A stretch of DNA of 64,000 bases from an uncultured Haloferula sp. (GCA_965652295.1 CBFGTS010000002.1:96001-160000); one strand, 5' to 3'. Positions 17,592 to 27,788 are shown, counted from the first letter of the stretch. The notes: a model not told the origin generated them from the letters alone. Numbers and translations: made by a program.

Positions 17592-19061
17592 TCAGATCGT
17601 CGCCAACGCCGTGACGAATGCCCGCTCGAGTTCCTCGGGATCCTCCTGCCCACAGGAAACCCGGATCAACGATTCAGGCACGCCACAACCCTCCGCCCAA
17701 TCGCGCTCATGGTAGTGCGCCAGCATCACGTAGGGGGAAACGAGCGTGAAGGCGGTTCCGAAGCTCGGTCCCTTGCAAAGAGGCAGTGCATCGAAAAAGC
17801 GCGGGGTCTTCTTAGCCGCCTTGAGTTTGAAGGAGAACATGCCACCGAAGCCGCCCTGCGGCGCTTTCGCCTGGAGGTAGCGCTCCCGCGTGGTGATGCT
17901 CGGATGCCACACCGTTTCGACCGCGGGATGCTCATCGAGCAGCGCGACGAGTCGCAGCGCGGATTCGTTGGGCCGCGCCATGCGCTCCTTGAAGTCCTTC
18001 ATGTTCGCCAGCAACACCTGGGTGTCCCCCACATACAGCGGGGTGCCCGCCGATGCCTCGCGCGCGAGCGACTCGATCAGGTCGGTGGCGAAGGGCGAAT
18101 CCTCCCGGACCACGGTGGCTCCGCCCATCACATCGCCTGCTCCGGAGATCCATTTCGTCAGACTGGCGGTAACCACATCCGCCCAGGGCAGGACGTTGAC
18201 GTTGTAAGGTCCGACCGAAGAGTCATCGACGATCAGAGGCGTCCCCCCTTCGCGGCAGGCCTCGGCCACCGCTGGCAGGTCCGGGCAACGCAGCAGCGGA
18301 TTGCTCGGGAATTCGGTGAACACTCCGGCGAACTCGCCGCTGCGAATGCGGCGCAGCGCTTCGTCGAACGATTCCCCCTCGGTCTGGCCGAGGAACACGA
18401 CGCCCGTGCCGAACAACTCCTGCACCTTGAGGGAATCGACGTACGGGAACTCCAGTTGCAGAGTCTTTTTTCCCTCCGCCACGCCGGGCAGCGAGCGCAC
18501 GACCGCCATCACCGCCGACATGCCGTTGGCGAACACCGAGATCCGTTCGGGGGCGCTGCCGTAGAAGGTGGCAAGCCGCCGCTTCACCAGATAATTCTTA
18601 TTTCCGGTCTTGATGCCGCCATTGAAAAAATCCTCTGCCGCGCGGCTGCTGACCAGTTCGCCCGAGAACCGCTGATAGTCGCGGGCGATCTTGGCGGAGG
18701 ACTCCGGCACGACGATCGCCTGGAACGGGTCGTAGCCCGCGGCGCGCACGGCGCTGCCCGACTGGCGTTCGATCCACCTTTGAGCCCGCTGTGCCGCGCC
18801 TTTCGTCGGAAATAGAAACACCACCTCGCCGGAGCCCGCGATGTCCTGCCCTGCCTGGGCCGAAAGACGGGCCACGAGCGGGTGGGAGAAAAACCGCGGA
18901 TAGCCGGACCGCAGACGCCGCATCACCTTGTCGCGCAGTTCCTCGTACCCGATCACCGAGTTCCAAGTCGGCAGCGAAACGGAGCATGCATGCACCGAAT
19001 CCGGCAACGGAACACCGAGATCGGCTTCCGTCCACGCCGGGTTGTTGAGAAGATCGCGCAT
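17592..19061 (-). CDS. PLP-dependent transsulfuration enzyme (cystathionine gamma-synthase-like, long form)
   Basis: LG.PLP.S.HA.SVSLPTW..V.GYE, GYPRFF.H, E.PSNPLL, ASLTKWISG.GDVMGG (PLP Lys), KGPSFG..FTL..PY..LAHY and L.RVS.G.E. Confidence 0.88.
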   Translation of the reverse strand: MRDLLNNPAWTEADLGVPLPDSVHACSVSLPTWNSVIGYEELRDKVMRRLRSGYPRFFSHPLVARLSAQAGQDIAGSGEVVFLFPTKGAAQRAQRWIERQSGSAVRAAGYDPFQAIVVPESSAKIARDYQRFSGELVSSRAAEDFFNGGIKTGNKNYLVKRRLATFYGSAPERISVFANGMSAVMAVVRSLPGVAEGKKTLQLEFPYVDSLKVQELFGTGVVFLGQTEGESFDEALRRIRSGEFAGVFTEFPSNPLLRCPDLPAVAEACREGGTPLIVDDSSVGPYNVNVLPWADVVTASLTKWISGAGDVMGGATVVREDSPFATDLIESLAREASAGTPLYVGDTQVLLANMKDFKERMARPNESALRLVALLDEHPAVETVWHPSITTRERYLQAKAPQGGFGGMFSFKLKAAKKTPRFFDALPLCKGPSFGTAFTLVSPYVMLAHYHERDWAEGCGVPESLIRVSCGQEDPEELERAFVTALATI

Positions 19062-19188
19062 GTCCGCTCCTGCTTGGAGCGGCTCCGGCCCGCGCGCAAG
19101 ACGTATTTGGAGATGCCCGGCGCTCCACGTGCGTAGCTAGCCCGCCCTTCACGGTCAGGGGCTCTCACAACGAGCCATTCCTGAAAAA

Positions 19189-19206
19189 CCCCCACCCTTT
19201 TGGGGG
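19189..19206. promoter_or_regulatory. Palindrome CCCCCA-N6-TGGGGG in divergent intergenic region
   Basis: 18-bp inverted repeat about 130 bp upstream of the large pilin-like gene. Confidence 0.35.
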
Positions 19207-19334
19207 ACTTCCCTTGTCACGGATATCGGGCTTATATTGGTAATAACGTAGTAAATACCCAGTGGCTGCCATTGCTTTCCACGTAAACTGAAATTCTCCT
19301 ACCCAGACCGGCCTACCACTTAGATTTTACAAGC

Positions 19335-22300
19335 ATGAAAACCCCAGCTGTAGCGTCCATCACCCGAACCGGGCTCCGCCGTGAGAAAGGATTCGCCTTA
19401 ATTATTACGATCAGCCTGATGGTGCTCTTGACCCTGTTGGCGCTCGGTCTGCTCACGCTTTCCACGGTTTCGCTCCGCAGTTCCGGAACTGGAGAGGCGA
19501 TGCGGGAAGCGCGCGCAAATGCCCGTTTGGCCCTGGAGTTGGCCATCGGGCAGTTGCAGAAGGCCGCGGGCCCTGACCAACGCATCACCGCACCAGCGAA
19601 TCTTGAGCGGGAAAGCGCCCCACTCGGGGTCACCGGCGTCTGGCAAGCGAGCACTGCCGGAGATCTCGTCCAGCCTCAAGGCGACAAGGAGGACGACTTT
19701 CTCACTTGGCTCATCTCCGATTCGCTACGCTCGGCCACGAGTTCTGGCAGTCAGTTGGACCTAACCGAACCCACGATGGAGGGAGCGGTTCCCCTCTTCG
19801 GTGAGACCTCTTTCGGCGGAGAGGACTCGGCCAGCGACACCTCCCGGCAGTTCATTTACACCCGCCCTCTGCAGCTCGGCACCGACAACTCCCACGGACG
19901 CCTCGGCTGGGCCGTGGTCGATGAAAGCACGAAGGCTCGCTTCGACCTCGAAGAGCCCGAGGAACTTCGCGACTCGGCTTCGCTGGCACGGAAAATAAGC
20001 CGATCAGCATCTCCCGCCCGTCTCGGGGTGTTCGCCCTCGATCGATTGGACTCGCTTCGCCCGGACGAGGCCCTTGTGAAAAAACTCGCCAGCTTCGACA
20101 CGGCGGTTCTGGGCACCCAGACACGCGCGCTCAAGGAGTACCGTGCGGACGTCACCCCATGGTCGCTTTCGCTCATGACCAACCCGGTTGACGGCGGGTT
20201 CAAACGCGATCTGAGCACCGCCATTTCCAGCTCTCCCCAGTCCTTCGAATCCGAAGGCAACCTCTACGAGCACGTCGGCCTGCCGACCGATTCCGATTCG
20301 GATCCCTCGCTTGCCACTCTCGTCGAATACCACGACCTCTATAAGTCGATCGGCAAACGCACCTCCTACACCAACAACGTGAGGACCGATGCGATCGGCG
20401 CGAACCTTCCTAGAGGCCTCCGCCCCTACACCGGCCAAGGATCACGCATCAACCCGAATCCGGATGTCCCCGAGGGAATGGTTCTTCTCCCGAGCTTGGT
20501 GCGGGTGGACATGATCTTCTCGCTGGTCGCCCGCGACCCCCACGGTCCTTGGGTGAATCCGCACAAGGGCCTGAACAACAACTACATGATCCACCTGATG
20601 TTCCTGCCGGTGGTCACCGTGCATAATCCCTACGACACTCCCTTGTCGTTCGAGACGATGAAGATCAGCTTCCGCAACATTCCCGTCGGTTTCAGATTCT
20701 TCAACAACAACCGGCCGGCCAGCCGACAGCTGATCCCTCTCGCTGATCTCGTGCTTTCCGGCTTCACCGGCATCGACAAAGAATTCGGTATCACCCTTAA
20801 ACAATCGCTCTCAGGAGGTGGTAGCAACTCCGTGACGCTGGAGCCCGGGCAAACCCGTCTCTTCGGAACGATCGGCATCTCGCCAAGCTGGTCGTGGCAA
20901 AGCGAGCTGAACGCCGGGAACAACCGGGTCCTCTTTGACTGGGAGAACAACAAAACCGGCGGGTTTGATATGCTTCCAGGGCTGATGACCGACAAACACA
21001 GCGGCTCGGGTTTCGACGTCGACTACATCGCTCCCGAGACCTACCACACGAGCTACGCATCGCAGTTCTGTGCCAGCGGCACCTTCGGAGCGAAGCGGAC
21101 GGATATGATCTCCGTCGAGTGGGGGCCAGCGCTTCAATCCGGTGCCGGCTCGACCCCAGATTTCACGATCACCATGGATCTGAACGGTCGGCCCGCCGGG
21201 GTATACAAAATGGCCTACGGTAACGAGAAGAACCTTGAGGAGGTCGTCTCCGAAGGAACGTCGGACCGATACCCGGAGCCACGTGATTTCCCGGAAAGAT
21301 GGCCCGACAGGGACAGCCGTCCGGTCCGTGCGCAGGAAATTTATGAAAGCCCCAGCACCCCCTTCAGCAGATATGTGAAGGCGAAGCCGTTCGGCGTTCT
21401 CAGCTTCTCCGGAAAGACCACCCGCGATTCCTTCGTTCCGGCCCGTCCCTACGCCGACTCTTCGACAAACCTTTTCGTTGCCGATATGGACGTCTCCAGC
21501 GGCAAGGGCGCTCCGGGAGATCAACCCTACGAGCTGGCGATGGTGCCTGTGAATCCGGGCGCACCCACGATCGGTGTCAACGTGGACACCAACGAAGGCT
21601 ATTTCTTCGGAGGCCACGACGAGAATCGCGGCACGCCCCGCGCGACTTTCTACGAGATTCCCCGTGCACCGCTCCAGTCGCTGGCTCAATTCCGCCACGC
21701 GAACCTCGCCAATTCCGGGGTCCCTCCCTTTCTCACCTACACGGTGGGAGAATCGTGGGCCCATCCACTACTGCCAAGCAACGAGGTCTCGGGAGCCGAT
21801 CCGGCTGGAGCCGGTCAGATCTACGACCACACCTACCTGTCCAACGCGGCGCTCTGGGATCGATACTTCCTTTCCACCATGGCTGACTACGAAGGAACGG
21901 CCTTCAGTGGCGAATCCAAAAGCGCGGCCGAGGTGCGGCAGGAGTTCTTCTCGAATGAGGGCGAACTGCTCAATTCCCGCTTCACTTCCCTCGTCAGCAC
22001 GGCCGAGGCCGAGGACGCCGCGGACGAGATCGGAGGTTCTGAAGGCGATCGCTCCGCCGGGAAGTTCCTCGCCTTGAAAGGCGGCTTCAATGTCAATTCG
22101 ACTTCGGAGGACGCTTGGGTCGCCTTCCTCTCGTCCATGAGGGAAACCCAGATCGCCAGCCAAGAGGACGGGCTCACCGACTCCGGTAACAGCTCCCCTT
22201 TCCCCCGCGTGCGGTATCCCGCCGGGGGGGCGATCGAGGGCGGAGACTTCTTTGCCGAACGCCTTCCCCGGTGGCAGGGCTATCGCCAGCTGGACGAAGG

Positions 22301-22844
22301 CCAGATCCGCACCTTGGCGGAGAATATCGTCAGCGAAATACGCCAGCGCGGACCATTCCTCTCGCTCGCCGAGTTTGTGAACCGTCGCCTCGGCAGCGCG
22401 AGCGATGACGCCTCGCTTCGAGGAGTCATCGCCTCCGCCCTCCTGAAATCCGAGCTCAACTCGACGATCGAGGGCGACGGCATCGAGATTTCCCAAGCCA
22501 ACATGGGTAGCCACAACTGGGCCAACCCGGCGGCAGCCCTGGGCAACAACACCGAGGGTGCTCCCGGATCTCTCACCCAAGGCGACATCCTCACCGCTCT
22601 AGGTAGCCAGATCACGGTCCGTGGAGACACCTTTGTGATCCGGGCCTATGGTGAATCGGACAGCAAGCAAGGCAGAATCCAAGCACGGGCGTGGTGTGAG
22701 GCCGTCGTTCAGCGCATGCCTGATTTCGTCGATCCGGCCGACGAACCGGAAGCCGACATCGAGCAAATCACCCAAATGAACGAGACCTTCGGTCGCCGGT
22801 TCGAAGTGCTGTCTTTCCGTTGGCTTGTGGCCGATGAGATCTGA
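19335..22844 (+). CDS. Large PilX/GspK-like prepilin-leader protein (Verru/Chthon cassette protein A-like)
   Basis: R..KGFALIITISLMVLLTLL type IV prepilin-like leader lacking Glu5; ARANARLAL.LAIGQLQ..AGPDQRITA; GGFNVNSTS..AW; RGPFLSLAEFVNR; VRGDTF.IRAYG; AWCEAVVQR; FGRRF....FRWL..DEI end. Confidence 0.8.
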   Translation: MKTPAVASITRTGLRREKGFALIITISLMVLLTLLALGLLTLSTVSLRSSGTGEAMREARANARLALELAIGQLQKAAGPDQRITAPANLERESAPLGVTGVWQASTAGDLVQPQGDKEDDFLTWLISDSLRSATSSGSQLDLTEPTMEGAVPLFGETSFGGEDSASDTSRQFIYTRPLQLGTDNSHGRLGWAVVDESTKARFDLEEPEELRDSASLARKISRSASPARLGVFALDRLDSLRPDEALVKKLASFDTAVLGTQTRALKEYRADVTPWSLSLMTNPVDGGFKRDLSTAISSSPQSFESEGNLYEHVGLPTDSDSDPSLATLVEYHDLYKSIGKRTSYTNNVRTDAIGANLPRGLRPYTGQGSRINPNPDVPEGMVLLPSLVRVDMIFSLVARDPHGPWVNPHKGLNNNYMIHLMFLPVVTVHNPYDTPLSFETMKISFRNIPVGFRFFNNNRPASRQLIPLADLVLSGFTGIDKEFGITLKQSLSGGGSNSVTLEPGQTRLFGTIGISPSWSWQSELNAGNNRVLFDWENNKTGGFDMLPGLMTDKHSGSGFDVDYIAPETYHTSYASQFCASGTFGAKRTDMISVEWGPALQSGAGSTPDFTITMDLNGRPAGVYKMAYGNEKNLEEVVSEGTSDRYPEPRDFPERWPDRDSRPVRAQEIYESPSTPFSRYVKAKPFGVLSFSGKTTRDSFVPARPYADSSTNLFVADMDVSSGKGAPGDQPYELAMVPVNPGAPTIGVNVDTNEGYFFGGHDENRGTPRATFYEIPRAPLQSLAQFRHANLANSGVPPFLTYTVGESWAHPLLPSNEVSGADPAGAGQIYDHTYLSNAALWDRYFLSTMADYEGTAFSGESKSAAEVRQEFFSNEGELLNSRFTSLVSTAEAEDAADEIGGSEGDRSAGKFLALKGGFNVNSTSEDAWVAFLSSMRETQIASQEDGLTDSGNSSPFPRVRYPAGGAIEGGDFFAERLPRWQGYRQLDEGQIRTLAENIVSEIRQRGPFLSLAEFVNRRLGSASDDASLRGVIASALLKSELNSTIEGDGIEISQANMGSHNWANPAAALGNNTEGAPGSLTQGDILTALGSQITVRGDTFVIRAYGESDSKQGRIQARAWCEAVVQRMPDFVDPADEPEADIEQITQMNETFGRRFEVLSFRWLVADEI

Positions 22845-22856
22845 TATTACCCACCC

Positions 22857-23570
22857 ATGAGAACCTTCCCCATCTTAGGATCCCTGGTCGCTCTCTGCGC
22901 GCTCTTTCTGCCGATCGTCCAGGCTCAATCGGCTTCGCCGGTCAGCTTCCGCACACTCTGCGTCAAATACCAGGACGACATCCGCAGCGCCTACGCTCTT
23001 TCGGGAAAAGGAGGCAGCATCGAAGTCGCCCTCTACACAGGAAGTTTGAGCGAGGTGTACCAAGGGTCTTTCAACGACGGCATCGCGACCCTTTACGTCG
23101 AGGACTCCTCGGCTCCTGGTGGCAAACGGATCGTCGCCGCAGGCAAGCTCGCTTCCGCACCTCGTCAATTGTTCCTTCTGGTTCCGGATCCCGACAAAAA
23201 GCATCCGTACCGCATCCAGTGCCTACCAGATGACGTCCGCTCGTTTCCCATGGGCGGCGTCCGCTTCGTCAATCTCACCCCCTACAACTCCCGTCTCCGC
23301 CTCGCTGGTGCCACGCTTCCACCCGTCAAACCCGGTTCCAGCCAAACCTACCCAAAAGTGGTGAAGGTCAATGAGTGGAACATGTACCAAGCCAAGATCG
23401 AGCTTCAGGCTCCTAGTGGCAAATGGGCACCCATCGCCAGCCCGGCGTGGAAGGCTCTCGACGCCAAGCGCGACGTCGTCATCGCCACCATCGACCCTCG
23501 CAACCGCCAGCCCCGAATCCTGAGCTACCAGGACATCCCGCCGTGGCTGGAGCAGCCGCCTACCGAGTGA
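22857..23570 (+). CDS. Exported hypothetical protein, companion of the pilin-like gene
   Basis: Signal peptide; beta-rich with FP.G..RFVNLT motif; starts 12 bp after the upstream stop. Confidence 0.75.
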   Translation: MRTFPILGSLVALCALFLPIVQAQSASPVSFRTLCVKYQDDIRSAYALSGKGGSIEVALYTGSLSEVYQGSFNDGIATLYVEDSSAPGGKRIVAAGKLASAPRQLFLLVPDPDKKHPYRIQCLPDDVRSFPMGGVRFVNLTPYNSRLRLAGATLPPVKPGSSQTYPKVVKVNEWNMYQAKIELQAPSGKWAPIASPAWKALDAKRDVVIATIDPRNRQPRILSYQDIPPWLEQPPTE

Positions 23571-23638
23571 TCGCGCACGCTCGGTGAACTTTCGGTTTGC
23601 CCGCGACCGCCGGAGGCCCGAGGGGTTTACCGGATCGC

Positions 23639-25225
23639 ATGAAACGCTCGCGCACCTGGCTCCTGATTCTGGCGGTCGTCCTCGGTGGAGGATTGGCGGG
23701 GCATTGGATCGCGCGCCAGGCGGCAGGTCCCGAAACCGCGGGCACGATCGAGGAATCCAGCACGAAGCCTGTCCAACGGCCGTTGCGCGACAGCATGGTG
23801 CACGACCCCAAGTCGGAACGCGGCCCGGGTGCCAGGTTCTCCGAGGACAGCGCAGCCCTAGATGCCGGAGCCATCGCCAACCAACGGACCGTCACCTTCT
23901 CTTCCGCCGAGGCGTTGGCGGCGTTTCTGAAAAAAATCGAAGGCAAGGGCATCGCGGTACTCGGCCGCATCGATGCCCTCAACACGCTGCGTTTGGGCTT
24001 TCTCAGCCTTGATGAGCTGAGGGCGCTACTAGAGGGCGACGAGGAGCTCGGCATGATTTTCCCGGCCTACATCCCCGGCCAAGGGAGCGTGCAGGCTGGC
24101 GCGGTGGGCTTTGGCGATCTGTTTCTGGAGTGGCTCGGCATCCAGGGTGATCGCTCCCAGTTCGGCGCGAACATCCGCATCGCGGTGTTGGATACCGGCA
24201 TCTTTGCCGTCGATGCCTTTGGCAACACCATCGCCCGCGTCGATTATGTCGAGCGTCCGGGCGATCTCGCCCAAGCCAACGGCCACGGCAGCTCGGTGGC
24301 GGCACTCATCGCCGGTCAGCTCGGACTGTCGCCAGGCGCCACCCTGCTCGACTTCCGGGTCGCCAATGACAACGGCGTTTCCAACACCTTCACCCTCGCC
24401 CAAGCGGTGCTCGATGCCGTCAGTGCCGGTGCCAATGTGATCAACATCTCGCTGGGTTCCCGAGGCTTCAGCCAGATCCTCGAGAACGCCCTCCAGATCG
24501 CCTACGAAGCTGGCGTGATGGTGGTGACATCTACCGGCAACGAGGGGCTGGGGACCGTCTCCTACCCCGCCTCCTCCCAATACACCATTGCCGTCGGTGC
24601 CATCGAAGCACGCGGCGACCACCTCGATTTCTCGAATAGCGGCGAAGTCTCCATGGTGGCCCCCGGGCTGGCCTTGGGCAGCATCGACCAAAATGGCAAT
24701 CCCATCTATTTCACCGGCACCTCAGCCTCCACCCCGGTCGTCGCCGGTGCCATCACGCTGGTGATGTCCGCCTTCGACATCACGGCGGGCCAGGCGTGGC
24801 AAATCCTTCTGGACAACGCCAACGAGGCCGGTGCCCCCGGCTACGACGCTCAGTATGGCGAGGGCATTCTCGATGTCGGACGCGCGCTCGACTCAAAAAC
24901 TCCGGGCATCGTCGATGCTGCCGTGGCTTCGAACTACATCACCACCGATTCCCAAGGAAACGCGATCGTCCAGGTCACCGTGGAGAATCGTGGCACGGAG
25001 ACGATCACCAACGCTCCTCTCCACGTGACCACCCCCGCCGGGAGCCGCCAGGCCAGCGTCTCCCACCTCGCGCCCGGCGAAATCAAAACCTTCACCTTTC
25101 CGCTCGGTGCCACGACCGGCGACTACACCGTCGACTCGTCCGTGACAGTTTCTCGTGGTGCCGCCGACCGGAATCAGCAAAACAACCAGCGTGTCGATTC
25201 GTTCACCGCTTCCGATTCTCCTTAG
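23639..25225 (+). CDS. S8 subtilisin-like serine peptidase with C-terminal CARDB-like domain
   Basis: Triad AVLDTG / NGHGSSVA / FTGTSASTP and oxyanion TGNEG; N-terminal TM; C-terminal VTVEN.G...L.PGE...D.N..NN pattern. Confidence 0.9.
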   Translation: MKRSRTWLLILAVVLGGGLAGHWIARQAAGPETAGTIEESSTKPVQRPLRDSMVHDPKSERGPGARFSEDSAALDAGAIANQRTVTFSSAEALAAFLKKIEGKGIAVLGRIDALNTLRLGFLSLDELRALLEGDEELGMIFPAYIPGQGSVQAGAVGFGDLFLEWLGIQGDRSQFGANIRIAVLDTGIFAVDAFGNTIARVDYVERPGDLAQANGHGSSVAALIAGQLGLSPGATLLDFRVANDNGVSNTFTLAQAVLDAVSAGANVINISLGSRGFSQILENALQIAYEAGVMVVTSTGNEGLGTVSYPASSQYTIAVGAIEARGDHLDFSNSGEVSMVAPGLALGSIDQNGNPIYFTGTSASTPVVAGAITLVMSAFDITAGQAWQILLDNANEAGAPGYDAQYGEGILDVGRALDSKTPGIVDAAVASNYITTDSQGNAIVQVTVENRGTETITNAPLHVTTPAGSRQASVSHLAPGEIKTFTFPLGATTGDYTVDSSVTVSRGAADRNQQNNQRVDSFTASDSP

Positions 25226-25979
25226 CGCGCTGGTTTTCCTGAGTGCCGCCCGCGCCGACGACCGCTGGGCGCCTCACGCCGTCGCAGGACCGGTCAACCA
25301 GCTCGTGGTTTCCGGAAACGCCTGTGGCCCCTCCGCCCTGCTCGCCTCAATCCGTTGCGGCAGCGAGGACTGGCGGACCATCGCGGAGAAAATCCCGGGA
25401 AGCTCGGACCGCTCGAAGCTGCTGTACATCATCAAGGCCCACGGTTTGCAGCCGTCGGAATCGCTCCGCGGTCGCAACCGCTGGAGCCGCCACGGGGTCA
25501 ACGCCGAAGACCTCACCGCGATCGCCTCCGAACTCGCCGGGATCGGAGGGCTGCGCGCCCCTCGTACGGAGAATCTGCTCCTCGCCCGTCGTGAGTCGCC
25601 GGCCAAGGCCCTGCGGCGCACTCATCGACTCTTCCGGCAATCGTTGATCCATGGCCTGCCGCCCGTCCTCAGCCTCCGTCGATATGTTTCCCGCAACGGA
25701 GCTTGGGTCTCGCTCGACTCGCACTTTGTCACCGTCGTCCGCGTGCCGGAGCGCCTCGGCCGCGGCGAAAGCAGCCTCACCTTGACCTACTTCGATCCGT
25801 GGGGAGGAAAGAAACGCACCGCCACCCTGCGCGAGCCGGTGGTTCCCATTCTCAGCACCGATGGGAAAGGGACCGAAGCTCTGGAATTCGCCGCCCCCGA
25901 GGCCGATGTCGGAAAGGCCAAGGTTCGCTCCGGCGAGCGCACCTTCCTCGTTCCCGCCGTGGCTATCGGCAGGTGGTGA
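25191..25979 (+). CDS. Exported papain-fold (C39-like) cysteine peptidase
   Basis: Signal peptide ending ARA; NQ.....NACGP.AL, SHFVTV and YFDPW give Gln/Cys, His and Asp in C39-like order. Confidence 0.6.
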   Translation: MSIRSPLPILLSALVFLSAARADDRWAPHAVAGPVNQLVVSGNACGPSALLASIRCGSEDWRTIAEKIPGSSDRSKLLYIIKAHGLQPSESLRGRNRWSRHGVNAEDLTAIASELAGIGGLRAPRTENLLLARRESPAKALRRTHRLFRQSLIHGLPPVLSLRRYVSRNGAWVSLDSHFVTVVRVPERLGRGESSLTLTYFDPWGGKKRTATLREPVVPILSTDGKGTEALEFAAPEADVGKAKVRSGERTFLVPAVAIGRW

Positions 25980-25990
25980 CCCCAACGTCC

Positions 25991-27067
25991 ATGCTCCTCT
26001 ACCTTCACATCCCGTTCTGCCACCGGGTCTGCCCCTACTGCTCGTTTCACAAGCACACCCCGGGCGGCACTTCGATCCCGCGCTTCATCGACGCTCTGCT
26101 CGACGAAGCGCGCCAAAGGGTCACCCGCCAGCCGCGGACGATCTACTTCGGCGGCGGCACGCCCTCCATGCTCTCACCTTCCCATCTGCGGCGCCTCTTC
26201 GATGGGTTGAGGGAGATCATCGACTTCGACAAACTGGACGAAGTCACCTTCGAGGCCAATCCCGCCACCTTCGATGCCGCCAAAGCGCGGCTCTTCCGCG
26301 ACCTCGGCGTGCGCCGGGTTTCCCTCGGCATCCAATCGTTCTCACCGCAAGCGCTGCAAACGCTCGGTCGCGAGCACAATCCCGCCGAAGCGGCGGAGTC
26401 CGTTCGCATCCTTCGCGAAGTCGGCATGCCCTCCATCAACATCGACCTGATGTTCTCCCTGCCCGGGCTTTCGCTCACCGACTGGCGACACACTCTCGAA
26501 ACCGCGGCCTCCCTGAATCCCGACCACATCTCCGCCTACAACCTCACCTACGAGGAAGACACCGCCTTTTTCGACAGCCTCCGCCGCGGCGAAATGGACA
26601 TGGACGAGGACCGCGACGCCGAGCAGTTCCACCTCGCCCACGAGATCCTCACCGCCGCCGGCTTCGAGCACTACGAAACCAGTAATTACGCCCGCCCCGG
26701 CCATCGCTCCAGTCACAACCACGGCTACTGGAACGGCGAGGACTACCTCGGCCTCGGACCCTCCGCCGTTTCCACCCTCGACGGCATCCGCCACAGCAAC
26801 ATCGCCGATACCGACCGCTACCTGCGCATGATTCAAACGGTCGGAAACGCCATCGTTGAAAGCGAGGCCCTCACTTCCGAGCAACTCCGGCTCGAGCGGC
26901 TCGCCCTGCTGCTGCGCACCGCCGAGGGCGTACCGATGGAGATCGTCGCCCCCGCCGATCCCGCACCACTCGTCGAGCAAGGCCTGGCCCGGGTGGCAGG
27001 CGGCAGGCTCATGCTCACCGGCGAAGGCGCGGCCCTAGTCGATCCTATCGCCGCCCAGCTTGCTTGA
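25991..27067 (+). CDS. hemW: Radical SAM heme chaperone HemW (HemN-like)
   Basis: LYLHIPFCHRVCPYC, YFGGGTPS, EANP, RVSLGIQSF, YETSNYA and the HNxxYW motif (HNHGYW) typical of HemW. Confidence 0.9.
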   Translation: MLLYLHIPFCHRVCPYCSFHKHTPGGTSIPRFIDALLDEARQRVTRQPRTIYFGGGTPSMLSPSHLRRLFDGLREIIDFDKLDEVTFEANPATFDAAKARLFRDLGVRRVSLGIQSFSPQALQTLGREHNPAEAAESVRILREVGMPSINIDLMFSLPGLSLTDWRHTLETAASLNPDHISAYNLTYEEDTAFFDSLRRGEMDMDEDRDAEQFHLAHEILTAAGFEHYETSNYARPGHRSSHNHGYWNGEDYLGLGPSAVSTLDGIRHSNIADTDRYLRMIQTVGNAIVESEALTSEQLRLERLALLLRTAEGVPMEIVAPADPAPLVEQGLARVAGGRLMLTGEGAALVDPIAAQLA

Positions 27068-27070
27068 ACA

Positions 27071-27500
27071 CTACTCCATCGGATCACGAGCGATCCTCAT
27101 CATCCGGCGAACACCCGCTGGCAGCGGTTCGTCATCCACCACGCTGTAGGTCCGCTACCCGTCCGTCTCCGTGATGATTCCGGGCTCGGCGTCAAGCAGT
27201 GCCCAGGCATCGACGTTCGAGGAACCAAGGCGCTGAAAACTCAGGCTGTCCACATCAGCCAGCGAGATCTCGAACTCGTAAGCCATATGGATTTGCCCAT
27301 CCTACTCAACCGGCACGAAGCGGAGCGGGCGCGGTGCGTCATTGTCATCGGCGTCGCTGCCGAAGAAGACTTCGAAGCGTTGGCCAGCCCGTCGGCTTCG
27401 GGATCGCTGGCAGAACTCGGTCAATGTAGGATTTTCATGGCCTTCAAAGGTGCCGTCGACACCAGTCAGAACCAGTCGCACAGCTTCCTCGTTGGTCTCA
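27071..27500 (-). pseudogene. Decayed 3' fragment of a secreted protein with the DGL/SxNxxxW/terminal-Arg C-terminal domain
   Basis: Manual translation: ..SDPEADGLAN/FEVFFGSDA...PVE*DGQ...GSSNVDAW...TETDG*RTYSV...RRMMRIARDPME*, with two in-frame TAG stops and frameshifts. Confidence 0.6.
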
Positions 27501-27788
27501 ATGCATCAAATCGCCCGCCGTGGAAAAATGGTGCATCTCCGCGAACTCGTCGAAGTAATCGGGCTGAGACATGGAGTGATAGCGTGACGGTTCATTGTAC
27601 GAGTCAAAGACCTCCGCCGGATCGGTCAAATCACCGACGGGCCCTCGGGACCCATTGACACCGCGCCGCAGACAGCGAGCAAGGCATCAGCCTTGAGACC
27701 ACCGGGACGCAGTGCCAACGGGCACTTCGGACGACCGTAGGGAACCCATGGCAACGGCGGCTTTTCTCAAGCAAATCGAGAAATATGA

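Noticed and set aside
27287..27658. 123-aa plus-strand ORF
   Set aside because: No motifs; the opposite strand is better explained as a pseudogene.
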